A stretch of 57,257 bases of DNA from a virus (taxonomy: Duplodnaviria > Caudoviricetes): the IMG/VR virus record IMGVR_UViG_3300028806_000013, positions 1-57,257 of that record; one strand, given 5' to 3'. The notes below the pieces were generated by a model, which was not told where the DNA came from, ran no database searches, and saw only the letters and a list, made by a program, of their open reading frames with translations. A program made the translations under genes and the position numbers. Positions 17,477 through 27,708 of the stretch are shown here, one piece after another (within the stretch, counting starts at the first letter, position 1; each line of letters starts with the position of its first letter).

Positions 17477-19894
17477 GTGTCAACACCATTTCCGTTCAGT
17501 CCAGACCAAGGTAATCAAGCTGGGTTTCCAGACATGTCTCAAGGTGACCCTTCAATTCTGAAAATGCAGGGAGAGCAACCTTACTTTCAAGATGAAGAGC
17601 CAGAGCAAGCACCGATGGATGTTTTACCGGAGGGTGCTTTCTACGCCAATCTTGCTGAAGACATGGAACAGGATGAGTTAGAAAAGTTATCCACAGAAAT
17701 ACTGGAAGGGATTCAGGACGATAGGATTTCTCGTCAAGACTGGGAAAATACCAACAACACCGTTCTCAAACAAATTGGATTCAATGTCACAGAACCTAAG
17801 AACTCTGGTTTTGTAAACCTCTGTATGGCTTATGATTCGACGCTAGCGACTGCTTTAGTTCGATTCTTCTCTGTGGCTAGGGCTGAGTTATTTCCTTCTA
17901 AGGGGCCTGTAGAGACAGAAATTGAGGGTTCCAAGAACGAGCAGACAGAAGACCAGGCTCGGCGCATCAAGAGCTTCATGAATTATTACTTAAAATATAT
18001 TGATAAGCCCTATTACCGAGATTCAGAACGCCTCATTCTTTATACAGCTCTTTTTGGATGCGGATTCAGAAAGGTTTACCAAGACCCCATTCTAAAGCGC
18101 CCAATAGCCCGTTTTGTTAAGCCTCAAGATTTCATTGTTGATAATAATACCGTGAGCCTCCTAGATTCCCCTAGAATGACCCAAATCTTACATTTGAGTA
18201 AGAAGGAAATCATCTTAAGGCAATTATCGGGTGATTTCTTAGATGTAAAGTTGCCTAAGATTAATGATGACAATGCGGAAGAAGGGGAAGATTCACCCAC
18301 TTTGAAGACCGTTAAACGGCAAGAGGGCATTCAGACCGATACGGCTGATAACAAATCGCTCTTCGATTTTTATGAATGTCATATTGATTTAGATTTAGAC
18401 GGAGATACACTCGCATTCCCAGAAGATAATACCGAAGATGATGGGGATGAAGAAGACAAGAAGAATTCGATTCCTAGACCTTATATTGTCACTGTTTGCG
18501 CCACTACCAAGAAGGTGATGTCTATTCGCCGAAACTGGCGTGAAGGTGATGAGATGTACGAAAAAATCAAGTATTTCGTTCATTATTATTACCTACCTGG
18601 TTTTGGTATTTATGGACTTGGCCTATCTCATCTGATTGGTTCTAACGCTATCACTTTAAATTCTCTTCTTAGACAGCTTATCAATGCGGGTATCTTCAAG
18701 AACTATCCAGCCGGTCTTAAAGTCAAAGGGATGCGAATTGAGGATAATGACAAGGCATTACAACCGGGTGAATTTAGGGATGTTGAGACGGGTGGATTGC
18801 CGGTTAACCAAGCCTTTATGCCGATGCCTTATGATGAGCCTTCTCAAGTGCTTAATATGCTCCGTGAGAAGCTTGTAGAGCAAACCCAATCTTTAGCATC
18901 CACTACTGAGATACAGCTCTCAGAGCTCAATCAGAACGCGCCTGTTGGGACGACTTTAGCAGCCCTAGAGTCTAATGGCATTGTGCAGTCCACTATTTTA
19001 AGGTCATTCCACAGTTGTTTATCTGAAGAATTCCAGATGTTATATGACTGTTTTTCAGAATACTTTACCGATGAACCTTACCCATTTGCGACTGGCGGTG
19101 CTGAAAATGTGATTATGAAAGCTGATTTCCATCCGGGAATATCAGTAAGACCGGTTTCAGACCCATCCGTTATGACCAATATGCAGCGCGTGATGCGGGC
19201 TGAATATATCAAAGGATTAGTCGCTGAAGCCCCCGATTTGTTTAACAAGAGGGCTATCTATAGGCGCGTGTTAGAAACTTTAAATATCAGTGACATTGAT
19301 GATTTATTTGTGCCTGAAGAGCAACCAACGCCCCCATTAGACCCTGTCACTGAAAACATGCATTTAATTCAAGGTCAGCCAGTGGCTGCGGCTATCTGGC
19401 AAGACCATAAAGCCCATATTGAAGTGCATACCTCCTTACCTCAGCAGACCCCTCAATCTCAAGCGCATTGTCAGGAGCATTTAGCGATGCAGTATTTGAT
19501 TGAGATGCAGATGGCGATGGGTATGGAAATGCCGGATGAACAAGCGCTTCAAGACCATGATGTTCAGAATCAAATTGCGTTGAGAGCCGCTGAAGTTGCT
19601 AAGCAGCAGAAAGCTGAGATGAGTCAACATGAAGCCGCTAATGCGCCTCCTGATGCAAATACCGTGATGATGATGGATATTGAGCAGCGTCGAGAGTCCG
19701 ACCAAACCCGAAAAGAGATAGCTGAGTTGAAAGCCGAAACAGATGCTTATAAAGAACAGATGAGATTAGAGCTTGCTAAGCTGAAATTAGAAATAGAACA
19801 ACAGATGGCCCAAGAGAAAAATGAAGTTGATTTAGCGATAGCTGAGATGAAACAACCCCATGAGGAAATGCAGCATGAAATCAGACAAGATTAA
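17477..19894 (+). CDS. portal protein (podovirus type)
   Basis: 805 aa, first gene of the head module; FRKVYQD, FVHYYYLPGFGIYGLG, APVGTTLA motifs; C-terminal coiled coil. Confidence 0.9.
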   Translation: MSTPFPFSPDQGNQAGFPDMSQGDPSILKMQGEQPYFQDEEPEQAPMDVLPEGAFYANLAEDMEQDELEKLSTEILEGIQDDRISRQDWENTNNTVLKQIGFNVTEPKNSGFVNLCMAYDSTLATALVRFFSVARAELFPSKGPVETEIEGSKNEQTEDQARRIKSFMNYYLKYIDKPYYRDSERLILYTALFGCGFRKVYQDPILKRPIARFVKPQDFIVDNNTVSLLDSPRMTQILHLSKKEIILRQLSGDFLDVKLPKINDDNAEEGEDSPTLKTVKRQEGIQTDTADNKSLFDFYECHIDLDLDGDTLAFPEDNTEDDGDEEDKKNSIPRPYIVTVCATTKKVMSIRRNWREGDEMYEKIKYFVHYYYLPGFGIYGLGLSHLIGSNAITLNSLLRQLINAGIFKNYPAGLKVKGMRIEDNDKALQPGEFRDVETGGLPVNQAFMPMPYDEPSQVLNMLREKLVEQTQSLASTTEIQLSELNQNAPVGTTLAALESNGIVQSTILRSFHSCLSEEFQMLYDCFSEYFTDEPYPFATGGAENVIMKADFHPGISVRPVSDPSVMTNMQRVMRAEYIKGLVAEAPDLFNKRAIYRRVLETLNISDIDDLFVPEEQPTPPLDPVTENMHLIQGQPVAAAIWQDHKAHIEVHTSLPQQTPQSQAHCQEHLAMQYLIEMQMAMGMEMPDEQALQDHDVQNQIALRAAEVAKQQKAEMSQHEAANAPPDANTVMMMDIEQRRESDQTRKEIAELKAETDAYKEQMRLELAKLKLEIEQQMAQEKNEVDLAIAEMKQPHEEMQHEIRQD

Positions 19895-20666
19895 ATGTAC
19901 GGCTGGTTATCAAGGCAAAAAAGATTCTATGAGAAATCGTTCTCAGGGAATAATTAAGAAAGCGATGGGTGGAGTGATGCCAGGGCCTATAGTGCCGCCA
20001 CAGATGCCCCAGCCTGATATCAGCTTACAGTTATCCCGAGGGGCATATAATCCCAATGCTGAGGCTAATATTGGTGGGTATCAATTAGATACGGCTTTAT
20101 CTAATAAGAAGACGCGCACTTATCATAATCCTGAAACAAAACAGACTTATATTTCGCATAAAGGAACAGATCCTAAAGATAGAAATGATTTGAAGAATGA
20201 TTTTCTAATCACCACTGGACTATTGAATAGAAATACTTCAAAACGAGTTAGGAATGCTGAAAATATAGCCAGGAGTGCGCAAGAAAAATACGGCAATAAT
20301 ATTACTAACGTCGGTCATTCTCTAGGCGGTACGATGGCTGAACAGACAGGTCGGCGATTAAGGCCAGAAAATAGCGCAGTCGTTGGTTACAATCCCGGAA
20401 TGTCCCCTTTAAATGTGGGGAAAGGATTATTTCAAAAAGCTTCTGCCTATTTAAATCCTAATTCAAATAAGACTCAAAAACTTCAGAATGTGACTCGTCA
20501 TACAACAGGCGTTGCCCCCATTTCTATGGGCGGTTTATTTCACGCTGGTAATACCGTCGTTCATAAACCAACCTCTTTTAATCCACATGGATTGAGCAAC
20601 TTTAAAAAAGGTGGCGTAGCCAAGTTGAAACAACCCAAAAAGGAAACTCGAAATGAATGCAGATGA
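19875..20666 (+). CDS. lipase class 3-like alpha/beta hydrolase in the head module
   Basis: GHSLGG nucleophile elbow, ISHKGTD, YNPG and C-terminal His (PHGLSNF). Confidence 0.75.
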   Translation: MKSDKIKCTAGYQGKKDSMRNRSQGIIKKAMGGVMPGPIVPPQMPQPDISLQLSRGAYNPNAEANIGGYQLDTALSNKKTRTYHNPETKQTYISHKGTDPKDRNDLKNDFLITTGLLNRNTSKRVRNAENIARSAQEKYGNNITNVGHSLGGTMAEQTGRRLRPENSAVVGYNPGMSPLNVGKGLFQKASAYLNPNSNKTQKLQNVTRHTTGVAPISMGGLFHAGNTVVHKPTSFNPHGLSNFKKGGVAKLKQPKKETRNECR

Positions 20667-21261
20667 AATGCCAATCAAATATGAAGCTGGATATCCCGGT
20701 AAAGACTTAATGAGAAGTCGTGCTAAAAACATTATGGATGAAGAAATGAAGCTATCAGGTGTTAGAAAAGCTGCCCCTTCTAGTTTCTCCTCTCCTGAAA
20801 AGACCAAGATGCGTTACTACAAGAAAGGGGGTGCAGTGAAATTCGCTACTGGTGGTGCTTTGCCAGCTCCTAAAAGTCCATTCGAAAGCGCTTCCAAAGC
20901 AATGGGCGAAGTTCCGATGAAAAAAGGTGGCGGCGTTAGATTCGCAGATAAATTTGGTGACCCGGAAACGATGAAAAAAGGTGGAAAAGTTAAAATGGCA
21001 ATGGGTGGTATGCCAGGAATGATGGCCGCACGCGGAATGCATGGGATGATGAAACGTCCAATGGAAATGGCACGGCCTGCTCAACAAACACCGATGAATA
21101 CTGAACAGCAAGCGCCCATGAAGAAAGGCGGAAAGGTTAAAAAGGAATGCGGTGGTGGTGCTATGAAGATGGCCATGGGCGGTTCTGGAAAGATTCGTCA
21201 TAAAGAAATGACAGCTGCTGGAAAACCCATTAATAAGAAAGGTAGTGTCAGAATGAAATGA
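20653..21261 (+). CDS. basic low-complexity protein with repeated MKKGG/MAMGG motifs (putative virion core)
   Basis: at least seven [FMY]xxGG motifs; head-module position. Confidence 0.7.
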   Translation: MNADEMPIKYEAGYPGKDLMRSRAKNIMDEEMKLSGVRKAAPSSFSSPEKTKMRYYKKGGAVKFATGGALPAPKSPFESASKAMGEVPMKKGGGVRFADKFGDPETMKKGGKVKMAMGGMPGMMAARGMHGMMKRPMEMARPAQQTPMNTEQQAPMKKGGKVKKECGGGAMKMAMGGSGKIRHKEMTAAGKPINKKGSVRMK

Positions 21262-21497
21262 TAATTAAATTTTGCGAGACATTCCTTCTAGAAATCAGAC
21301 AAGAAAAGAACGCACTTGAAAATAGGCTCTGTAAAGGGCCTATTTCTGGATGGGATGATGTCAAAGATTTAAGAGGTGAAATCAGAGGACTTGAAAAGTG
21401 TGAACAAAAGGCCATAGAGCTTTATAAAAGAATGTTTAACAGTAAAAGATTAGCGGCAGTTGCCGAAAGGAGCGAAGATGAGCGAAATAGTATCTAG
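21258..21497 (+). CDS. hypothetical head-module protein
   Basis: coupled ORF; GEIRGL motif before the GroES-like gene. Confidence 0.7.
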   Translation: MIIKFCETFLLEIRQEKNALENRLCKGPISGWDDVKDLRGEIRGLEKCEQKAIELYKRMFNSKRLAAVAERSEDERNSI

Positions 21498-21999
21498 CAT
21501 GACGAGTTACATTAAAGATGATGAAATTGAAAGTTCAAAAGAAGCCGTCTTTAAAATATTAGAAGATGAATATTGGAATAAGAAATATATTGATACAGAC
21601 GGTCGGGAAGTAACCGTTACAAGTCATCAAAAAGCAGAAAAGTTCGAATTACCCCCTTGTTCTGGTTACAACATGATTATCAAAATGTGTGACCGATATG
21701 AAGAGAAAATAGTTATCAAAGATAAAGATGGTAAGGACGTTAATCTTATTATTCCAGCAAGTGTTAGTGCGAATGATAAATACACCACTACTGTTGGCTG
21801 GGTAATTGCTCAAGGCCCTGAATGCTATCGAGATAAAGAACGATTTCCGAGTGGCGCACGTTGTCGAGTAGGAGATTTTATTTTATTTCCTCGATATGCT
21901 GGTGGAGCGGTTATGAATTACTTAGGGATTAATGTCAAAATTATAGAAGATGTGCATTGTATGAGCCCACTAAAAGACCCTTCTTATATTATTCAATAG
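21478..21999 (+). CDS. GroES/Cpn10-like co-chaperonin
   Basis: LIIP...VGWVIAQGPECY...CRVGDFILFPRYAG. Confidence 0.85.
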   Translation: MSEIVSSMTSYIKDDEIESSKEAVFKILEDEYWNKKYIDTDGREVTVTSHQKAEKFELPPCSGYNMIIKMCDRYEEKIVIKDKDGKDVNLIIPASVSANDKYTTTVGWVIAQGPECYRDKERFPSGARCRVGDFILFPRYAGGAVMNYLGINVKIIEDVHCMSPLKDPSYIIQ

Positions 22000-22009
22000 G
22001 AGCTATAAA

Positions 22010-23008
22010 ATGGAAGAAAATGAAAATCAATTTCCAGATGAACCGGAAGCAGTAGAGGATTCTACGTCCCAAGACGAATCTGAGCCAGACCAGGAGCCAG
22101 AAGGCGAGGAAAGCGAGCAGGAAAGCCCGCAACCAGCCCCCAAACGGCCTAAAATCTCTGCACAGACGCGCATTAATCAAATTACGCGTGAAAAGTTCCA
22201 AGCATTAGAGATTGCTGAAAGAATGCGGCAAGAAAATGAGCAGCTTCAGCAAGAAATGATTCGTTTACATACTAAAACTGAGGCTTCTACCAAAGCGGCA
22301 TTGGCTCAGTATACGAGCGCAACAGAACTTCGTCTGCAACAGGCTAAACAAGCCTTTAAACAGGCCTATGAATCGGGTGATATTGATGCTCAAACAGATG
22401 CGCAAGCTAAAATAGCTGAAGTTAGCTCTGAAATGCAGCAAGTGAAGGCTTGGGAAGCAGAAGATAATTGGAATAAAAAACAACAAGCCGAGATTCAGCA
22501 ACAACAACACTATCAGCAACCAACTGTTCAGCAACAAATGCAGCAACAGCAATATCAGCAACCCTATGAGCAGGCACCTGTTGTAACTCCTGAATCTCAG
22601 ATGTGGTTAGATAGTAATCCTTGGTTGGATGAGAATAATCCAGACCATAACCCTGAATTAGCTGAACGAGTTATGACCTATTCAGACCAATTAGATAATT
22701 ATCTTTATCAGAATGGTCAAGCGAATAAGATTGGACGCGCTGAATATTTTCAAGCAATTAACGCCCATGTTCGGGAAATAACAGGAACACCACAAAGGAG
22801 AGCATTACCGATGAAAGCGAGCAGAACACCCGTGGGTGGTGTCCGTAGTAATAGCGGATATATGAATAATCAAAGGCAGCCTAAAGAACTTCCAGCAGAA
22901 CATCAGGAAATGATGAAGCATTGGAAGGTTAATCCGGAAGAGGCTAAAGCATATCGTAAAGAATATCACGACGACATTACTAATGGTCGTGCATCCTGGG
23001 GGAGATAA
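22010..23008 (+). CDS. putative capsid scaffolding protein
   Basis: acidic N-terminus, long coiled coil (RINQIT, AYESGD, WLDSNPW); upstream of the capsid genes. Confidence 0.7.
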   Translation: MEENENQFPDEPEAVEDSTSQDESEPDQEPEGEESEQESPQPAPKRPKISAQTRINQITREKFQALEIAERMRQENEQLQQEMIRLHTKTEASTKAALAQYTSATELRLQQAKQAFKQAYESGDIDAQTDAQAKIAEVSSEMQQVKAWEAEDNWNKKQQAEIQQQQHYQQPTVQQQMQQQQYQQPYEQAPVVTPESQMWLDSNPWLDENNPDHNPELAERVMTYSDQLDNYLYQNGQANKIGRAEYFQAINAHVREITGTPQRRALPMKASRTPVGGVRSNSGYMNNQRQPKELPAEHQEMMKHWKVNPEEAKAYRKEYHDDITNGRASWGR

Positions 23009-23010
23009 TC

Positions 23011-23511
23011 ATGTCAAAGACAATACGCGAACCAAGACAAACACGAGCTGAAGAACATAGTATGTCAGAACGTTATGCTCAATATGAAAAAGCATTGGAT
23101 AGAGTCGAATTCAAACACGACCTCTGGGTAGATGAATCGCTTATCCCAGACGGAATGGAATATCGTTGGCTTCGAACCGCGACTCATGGTGTTCCTGATG
23201 ACGGGAATGTAGCTAAGGGCGAAGGCGCTTGTTGGACAGCGGTTCCAGCCGGTCGTCATCCAGAGCTAGCTTCTAATGACCATATTGGCAAACACGATTC
23301 TCGTTATGGATATTACTTTAGAGCAGGACTTGTTCTTTATGAGCGTCCTAAGTATTTAGGTGTCAAGGAAATGGAGAAATTGAATAAGCATAACTATAAT
23401 GTTGTGACTTCAATCCCAGCCGCTGATAACTATTTGGGAGATAAAGGAATTCCAGGTCATTTTATGCACAACGATACAATGACTTCTAAAGGAATCGCGT
23501 TTGGTGAATAG
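23011..23511 (+). CDS. conserved head-module protein
   Basis: PDGMEYRWLR motif; lies between scaffold and capsid genes. Confidence 0.75.
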   Translation: MSKTIREPRQTRAEEHSMSERYAQYEKALDRVEFKHDLWVDESLIPDGMEYRWLRTATHGVPDDGNVAKGEGACWTAVPAGRHPELASNDHIGKHDSRYGYYFRAGLVLYERPKYLGVKEMEKLNKHNYNVVTSIPAADNYLGDKGIPGHFMHNDTMTSKGIAFGE

Positions 23512-23695
23512 TGTCGAAGCTATTCAAACAATAAGTGTATTGTATGCTTGAAGCGAAATTATTATCCTGATAATCATTGGGAAACCAAATCGCTTCGAGC
23601 GTGCAAAATAAGCGGGACCGTAGCTTTCAATTCGGTACGGCATATGCCTCGTAATTATTTACGGAAATATAAACATATTTGCGGAGACAATTATT

Positions 23696-24316
23696 ATGTC
23701 ATATGGTACCGACGCCCCGTTTGGCCTCCAACCCCGTGTTTCTTTAACCGGTGGTACGTGGAATTGCCAACAAAACGTTTATCAAATTCCTTCTGGTTAC
23801 GCACAAAACATTTTCACTGGTGACCCCGTATTCTTAGGTGCTGATGGATATATCCATGTTTCACCTGATGCGAATGCTAGTGCATTGTATTTAGGTGTAT
23901 TCTTTGGGTGTGAATTCAGTATCGCTGTTCCTAATGCAGCTGGAAACTTTGTTTTCTCTCCTTTCTGGCCAGCGAATCAAGCCACTTTAAATGCGGCTGT
24001 TGTAAATTGCTTTGTGGTTGATGACCCCACTGTTGAATACAGTATTCAATGTGGACACGCCGGTAACACAACTACCTTTACCCAAGCTAATGTTGGTAAG
24101 AACTATGCCATCACTATCGGAACAGGTAGCACATTAACCGGTCAATCTGGTGCGTTCTTAGATTTAACTTCAACCAGCAATACAGCGGCTTTCAAAGTAA
24201 TTCGTTTAGAGCCATCCATTAACCCATTACAAGTACAGGGTAACCCTTATGTGAACGTTGTCGGCGTGTTTAACGCAGATACCTATAAGAGCCTCGGTAC
24301 CGTTAACCCAACATAA
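23696..24316 (+). CDS. putative capsid decoration/minor capsid protein
   Basis: APFGLQP, IFTGDPV, GVFFGCEF, VVDDP motifs; directly upstream of the MCP. Confidence 0.75.
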   Translation: MSYGTDAPFGLQPRVSLTGGTWNCQQNVYQIPSGYAQNIFTGDPVFLGADGYIHVSPDANASALYLGVFFGCEFSIAVPNAAGNFVFSPFWPANQATLNAAVVNCFVVDDPTVEYSIQCGHAGNTTTFTQANVGKNYAITIGTGSTLTGQSGAFLDLTSTSNTAAFKVIRLEPSINPLQVQGNPYVNVVGVFNADTYKSLGTVNPT

Positions 24317-24327
24317 GGAGATAAACA

Positions 24328-25239
24328 ATGGCAATTAACACTACGGCAATCGCCAATCTCTTGCGACCGGGCTTAAAGGCCGTTTACGGAGATTACCCAA
24401 GTTATCCTAGTCAGTGGTCGGAAATCTTTACGACTCATGATTCTGATAAGGCTGTTGAAATTGAAGTGGAAATGAAGTTCTTAGGGTTGGCTCAAATCCG
24501 ACCAGAAGGCGCACAAACTGCGACCGATACTATGGGTCAACGGATTGTCACGAGCTATGTGCATAAATACCTAGCTCTTCAGTTTCACATAACTAGACAG
24601 GCGATAAAAGATAATCTTTATAAGACACGTTTCCCATTGATGTCCAGAAGTTTGAAGAAATCTATGCTTCAAACGAAGGAAATCTTAGGCGCTTCGGTTC
24701 TAAATAATGGATTTAACAACGCTTATCCAATTGGCGATGGCAAGTCTTTATTTAACTTGAATCATCCTATTGATGGTGGTGTGTTCGCGAATGGTTTCTC
24801 GACAATTGTTGACTTAAATGAAGCAGCGATTGAAGCGGCTATTCCGATTATCCAACAATTCAGAGACCAAGCAGGTCTAATTTGCATGACACAACCTAAG
24901 AAATTGATTGTGCCACCGCAATTGCAGTTCACTGCTGACCGCTTGTTAGGAAGCTCGTTCAGAACTGGAACTCCAAATAATGACATCAGTGCAATGTACA
25001 ACATGTCATCTATTCCTGAAGGTTTCAGAACTAATCAGTTCTTAACGAATCCTAATGCTTGGTTCATCTTAACTGATGCACCTGATGCGTTTAAACATTA
25101 TGTCCGTGAACCTATCGAAGTGGATGTCTATACAGATTTTTCTACTGATAATTTAATGGCAAAAGCAGTCGAACGTTATTCCTTCGGGGTCAGTAATGCC
25201 CGCGGTGGATTTGGCGGTGGTGTAGCTGCTGGTACTTAA
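24328..25239 (+). CDS. major capsid protein (Mu gpT-like family)
   Basis: 303 aa, strong AAGGAG RBS; GDGKSLF..NHP, PKKLIVPPQL, AWFILTD, ERYSFG motifs. Confidence 0.9.
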   Translation: MAINTTAIANLLRPGLKAVYGDYPSYPSQWSEIFTTHDSDKAVEIEVEMKFLGLAQIRPEGAQTATDTMGQRIVTSYVHKYLALQFHITRQAIKDNLYKTRFPLMSRSLKKSMLQTKEILGASVLNNGFNNAYPIGDGKSLFNLNHPIDGGVFANGFSTIVDLNEAAIEAAIPIIQQFRDQAGLICMTQPKKLIVPPQLQFTADRLLGSSFRTGTPNNDISAMYNMSSIPEGFRTNQFLTNPNAWFILTDAPDAFKHYVREPIEVDVYTDFSTDNLMAKAVERYSFGVSNARGGFGGGVAAGT

Positions 25240-25250
25240 TGGCAAAAATA

Positions 25251-25277
25251 CAGCCGGTTACATTTTGTAACCGGCTG
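25251..25277 (+). terminator. hairpin after the major capsid gene (terminator or attenuator)
   Basis: perfect 12-bp inverted repeat CAGCCGGTTACA/TGTAACCGGCTG; weak U tract. Confidence 0.6.
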
Positions 25278-25310
25278 ATTGTTGGAATATCATGAAAGGA
25301 AGGCTTTTTT

Positions 25311-27419
25311 ATGGCACTTAATCAAACTTCGACTCCATTCTTGCCTACCTCTTTGTTGGTAGCAGATTTAACAAAATTCACTGGAATTACGGGCGCACAA
25401 GCTACTAGTCCTGATTCTGTTCCTACATTAACTATCAATCAGACCACACAATTACCTGTTTCTGCTGCATTAGAAGTTCAATCAACCACTGGATTATTGT
25501 TGGTACCACGATTGACTGATGCGCAATATGCAGCATTGATTACCCCTGTTGTGCCACGTCCTCAAGTCGGCGCTGTTCCAGACCCAGGTAACGTAATTAA
25601 TGGGATGATTTATTACAATAGTGATGATGAAAATTTCGTATTCTATCAAAATGGTGCTGCTGTTATTTTGCCAAGTGGTGGTGGTACTGGAAATGTGACG
25701 GGCGTTAATAGCGTTATTAATGGCACCTTAGCCTATTATAACGGTACTGATGGATTATTAATTGATCAGACCAGTATGGGTAATTTAGGTGGATTCAATG
25801 TTTTAGCAAATGAATTAGTCATTTGTGGTACCACTGGAACTGCCAATCAAGTAGCGACTTATGTTGGAACTGCTCAAAGCGGTGGTGGTGGTGCGATTAT
25901 TCAAGCAGCGACTGTTACTATGTCTGCTGGTGGAATCGCGAATGTCACAACCATTCAAAATGCATTAGGCACTCTTTCTCTACCCAGCTATACATTTACT
26001 GCACATACCAATACGGGTATTTTTTCAGCTGCTGGGGCATCTGTTGATGTTGCGGTTGGTGGAGCTGCGGGACTCAAAGTTTTATCGACTGCGGTTCAGT
26101 TTCCTGATGGAACGGCTGCATTACCCGCTATTACTTTCTTAAGTGAAACTGATACTGGTATGTATCGAATTGGCGCTAATACAGTTGGTTTTGGTGCGAA
26201 TGGTGGGACTAACTTCTCGGTTGCAGGAACGATTGCGACATCTGCGACTTATTTGACTGCCGCTGGTGCTGCTGCAACGACAACTGCAACTCCTTCGATT
26301 GCCACTTTGACTGCGACTTCTACAGATACCAACGCTTCTATTAGCCTAGTTCCTAGAGGGATTGGTCAAGTATTGAATGTGAATGGTGCTGTTGCAACAC
26401 CTGCTTATAGCTTTGCTGCGGATACTAATACTGGTATTTACCGAGTTGGTGCTGAGCAGTTAGGTTTTGCTGCTAATGGCGTTCTTAATTTCCAAGTTAA
26501 TGCTGCGTCCGTCAATGTTCCTGTTGGAGCAGTTGGAACGCCAGGAATCGGGTTTTTAACTGATACTGATACGGGTTTATGGCATGCAGCCGCTAATACC
26601 ATTGGATTTGCGGCGGCTGGTGGAAATCAGTTCTCGGTCACTGGGGCTGGTGTAACCAACAATTGGTTGCAAGTAACCGGTGTCGCTACTGGTTCTTCAC
26701 CTTCTATCACTGCATTAGGCACTGCTGATGCAGATGTTTCTATTACTTGTGTGACTAAAGGAGCGGGTGCTCTTGCTGTTAAAAGCTCAGATATCACTCT
26801 TCCAGGAAAATTATCACTGCTTGAAGGGTCAACGAATGGCGTATTGAGCGCCAGCATTGCAGCGCCAGCCAACGTGACTGCATCTTATGTTTTAACGTTG
26901 CCAGCGACTGCTGTTGGTTCCGCAAATGGACAAGCTTTAACGATTGTTTCTGGCGGTGGTACAGCCGCGTTGACATTAGGATTTGCGAATACCAGCGGGA
27001 TTCAGTCCTTATCTGGAACCATCAGTACTGCTAATTTTTTAACAACCAACACTGCTGCGGTTAACATTGTTCCTGCGCCAGCTTCTGGATTTATGGCGGT
27101 TGTTCAAAGGATTATTTTGAATTACGACTTTAATACAGCTGCTTTTGCAGGTGGCGGAAATGTTGTTCTTCAATATGGTGCTGGTGCTTATAACGCTACT
27201 AATGTGTGCAGCAGCCCTCATATTGTGGCCGCTGTTTTTCAAGCGACTAATAACACTGTTTCTACTGCTGCTGGTCTATATGGTGCTTCGGTAGCATTAA
27301 ATTCTACTGTTACAAATGGAGTTGGGGTTTATTTGAGTAATGATACTGCCAACTTTACGGCGGGTGGAACCAGTACCGTTAATTATGTAGTCGAATACAC
27401 CATAGTGCCGGTAGTTTAA
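25311..27419 (+). CDS. putative fibre/spike structural protein
   Basis: G/T/A-rich with four P.(Y/I).F..DT.TG(I/M/L) repeats. Confidence 0.75.
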   Translation: MALNQTSTPFLPTSLLVADLTKFTGITGAQATSPDSVPTLTINQTTQLPVSAALEVQSTTGLLLVPRLTDAQYAALITPVVPRPQVGAVPDPGNVINGMIYYNSDDENFVFYQNGAAVILPSGGGTGNVTGVNSVINGTLAYYNGTDGLLIDQTSMGNLGGFNVLANELVICGTTGTANQVATYVGTAQSGGGGAIIQAATVTMSAGGIANVTTIQNALGTLSLPSYTFTAHTNTGIFSAAGASVDVAVGGAAGLKVLSTAVQFPDGTAALPAITFLSETDTGMYRIGANTVGFGANGGTNFSVAGTIATSATYLTAAGAAATTTATPSIATLTATSTDTNASISLVPRGIGQVLNVNGAVATPAYSFAADTNTGIYRVGAEQLGFAANGVLNFQVNAASVNVPVGAVGTPGIGFLTDTDTGLWHAAANTIGFAAAGGNQFSVTGAGVTNNWLQVTGVATGSSPSITALGTADADVSITCVTKGAGALAVKSSDITLPGKLSLLEGSTNGVLSASIAAPANVTASYVLTLPATAVGSANGQALTIVSGGGTAALTLGFANTSGIQSLSGTISTANFLTTNTAAVNIVPAPASGFMAVVQRIILNYDFNTAAFAGGGNVVLQYGAGAYNATNVCSSPHIVAAVFQATNNTVSTAAGLYGASVALNSTVTNGVGVYLSNDTANFTAGGTSTVNYVVEYTIVPVV

Positions 27420-27445
27420 GGTTTTTTTAAATAGGAGCGAGAAAA

Positions 27446-27706
27446 ATGAGTGAAGTAGTTAAGAGTATCGAAGATAGCATTGCTAAAACCACTGCTGACT
27501 TGCAACAACATACGTCAAAATTGAGTCAAATTGAGAAGGCTAGAAAGCAATTGAAATCTGAGCATGAAATGACTCAAGCAGCTATTAATGTTCACAATGG
27601 TGCATTACAAGCATTTAATATCGCATTGGCTGCGGCTAAGGCAGTTCCTGCTGTTGTTGAGCCTGTTATTTCTGCGGTTACTTCTGCTAAAGAGGGAGCT
27701 AAATAG
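27446..27706 (+). CDS. small coiled-coil protein
   Basis: AGGAG RBS; heptad pattern. Confidence 0.7.
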   Translation: MSEVVKSIEDSIAKTTADLQQHTSKLSQIEKARKQLKSEHEMTQAAINVHNGALQAFNIALAAAKAVPAVVEPVISAVTSAKEGAK

Positions 27707-27708
27707 CA

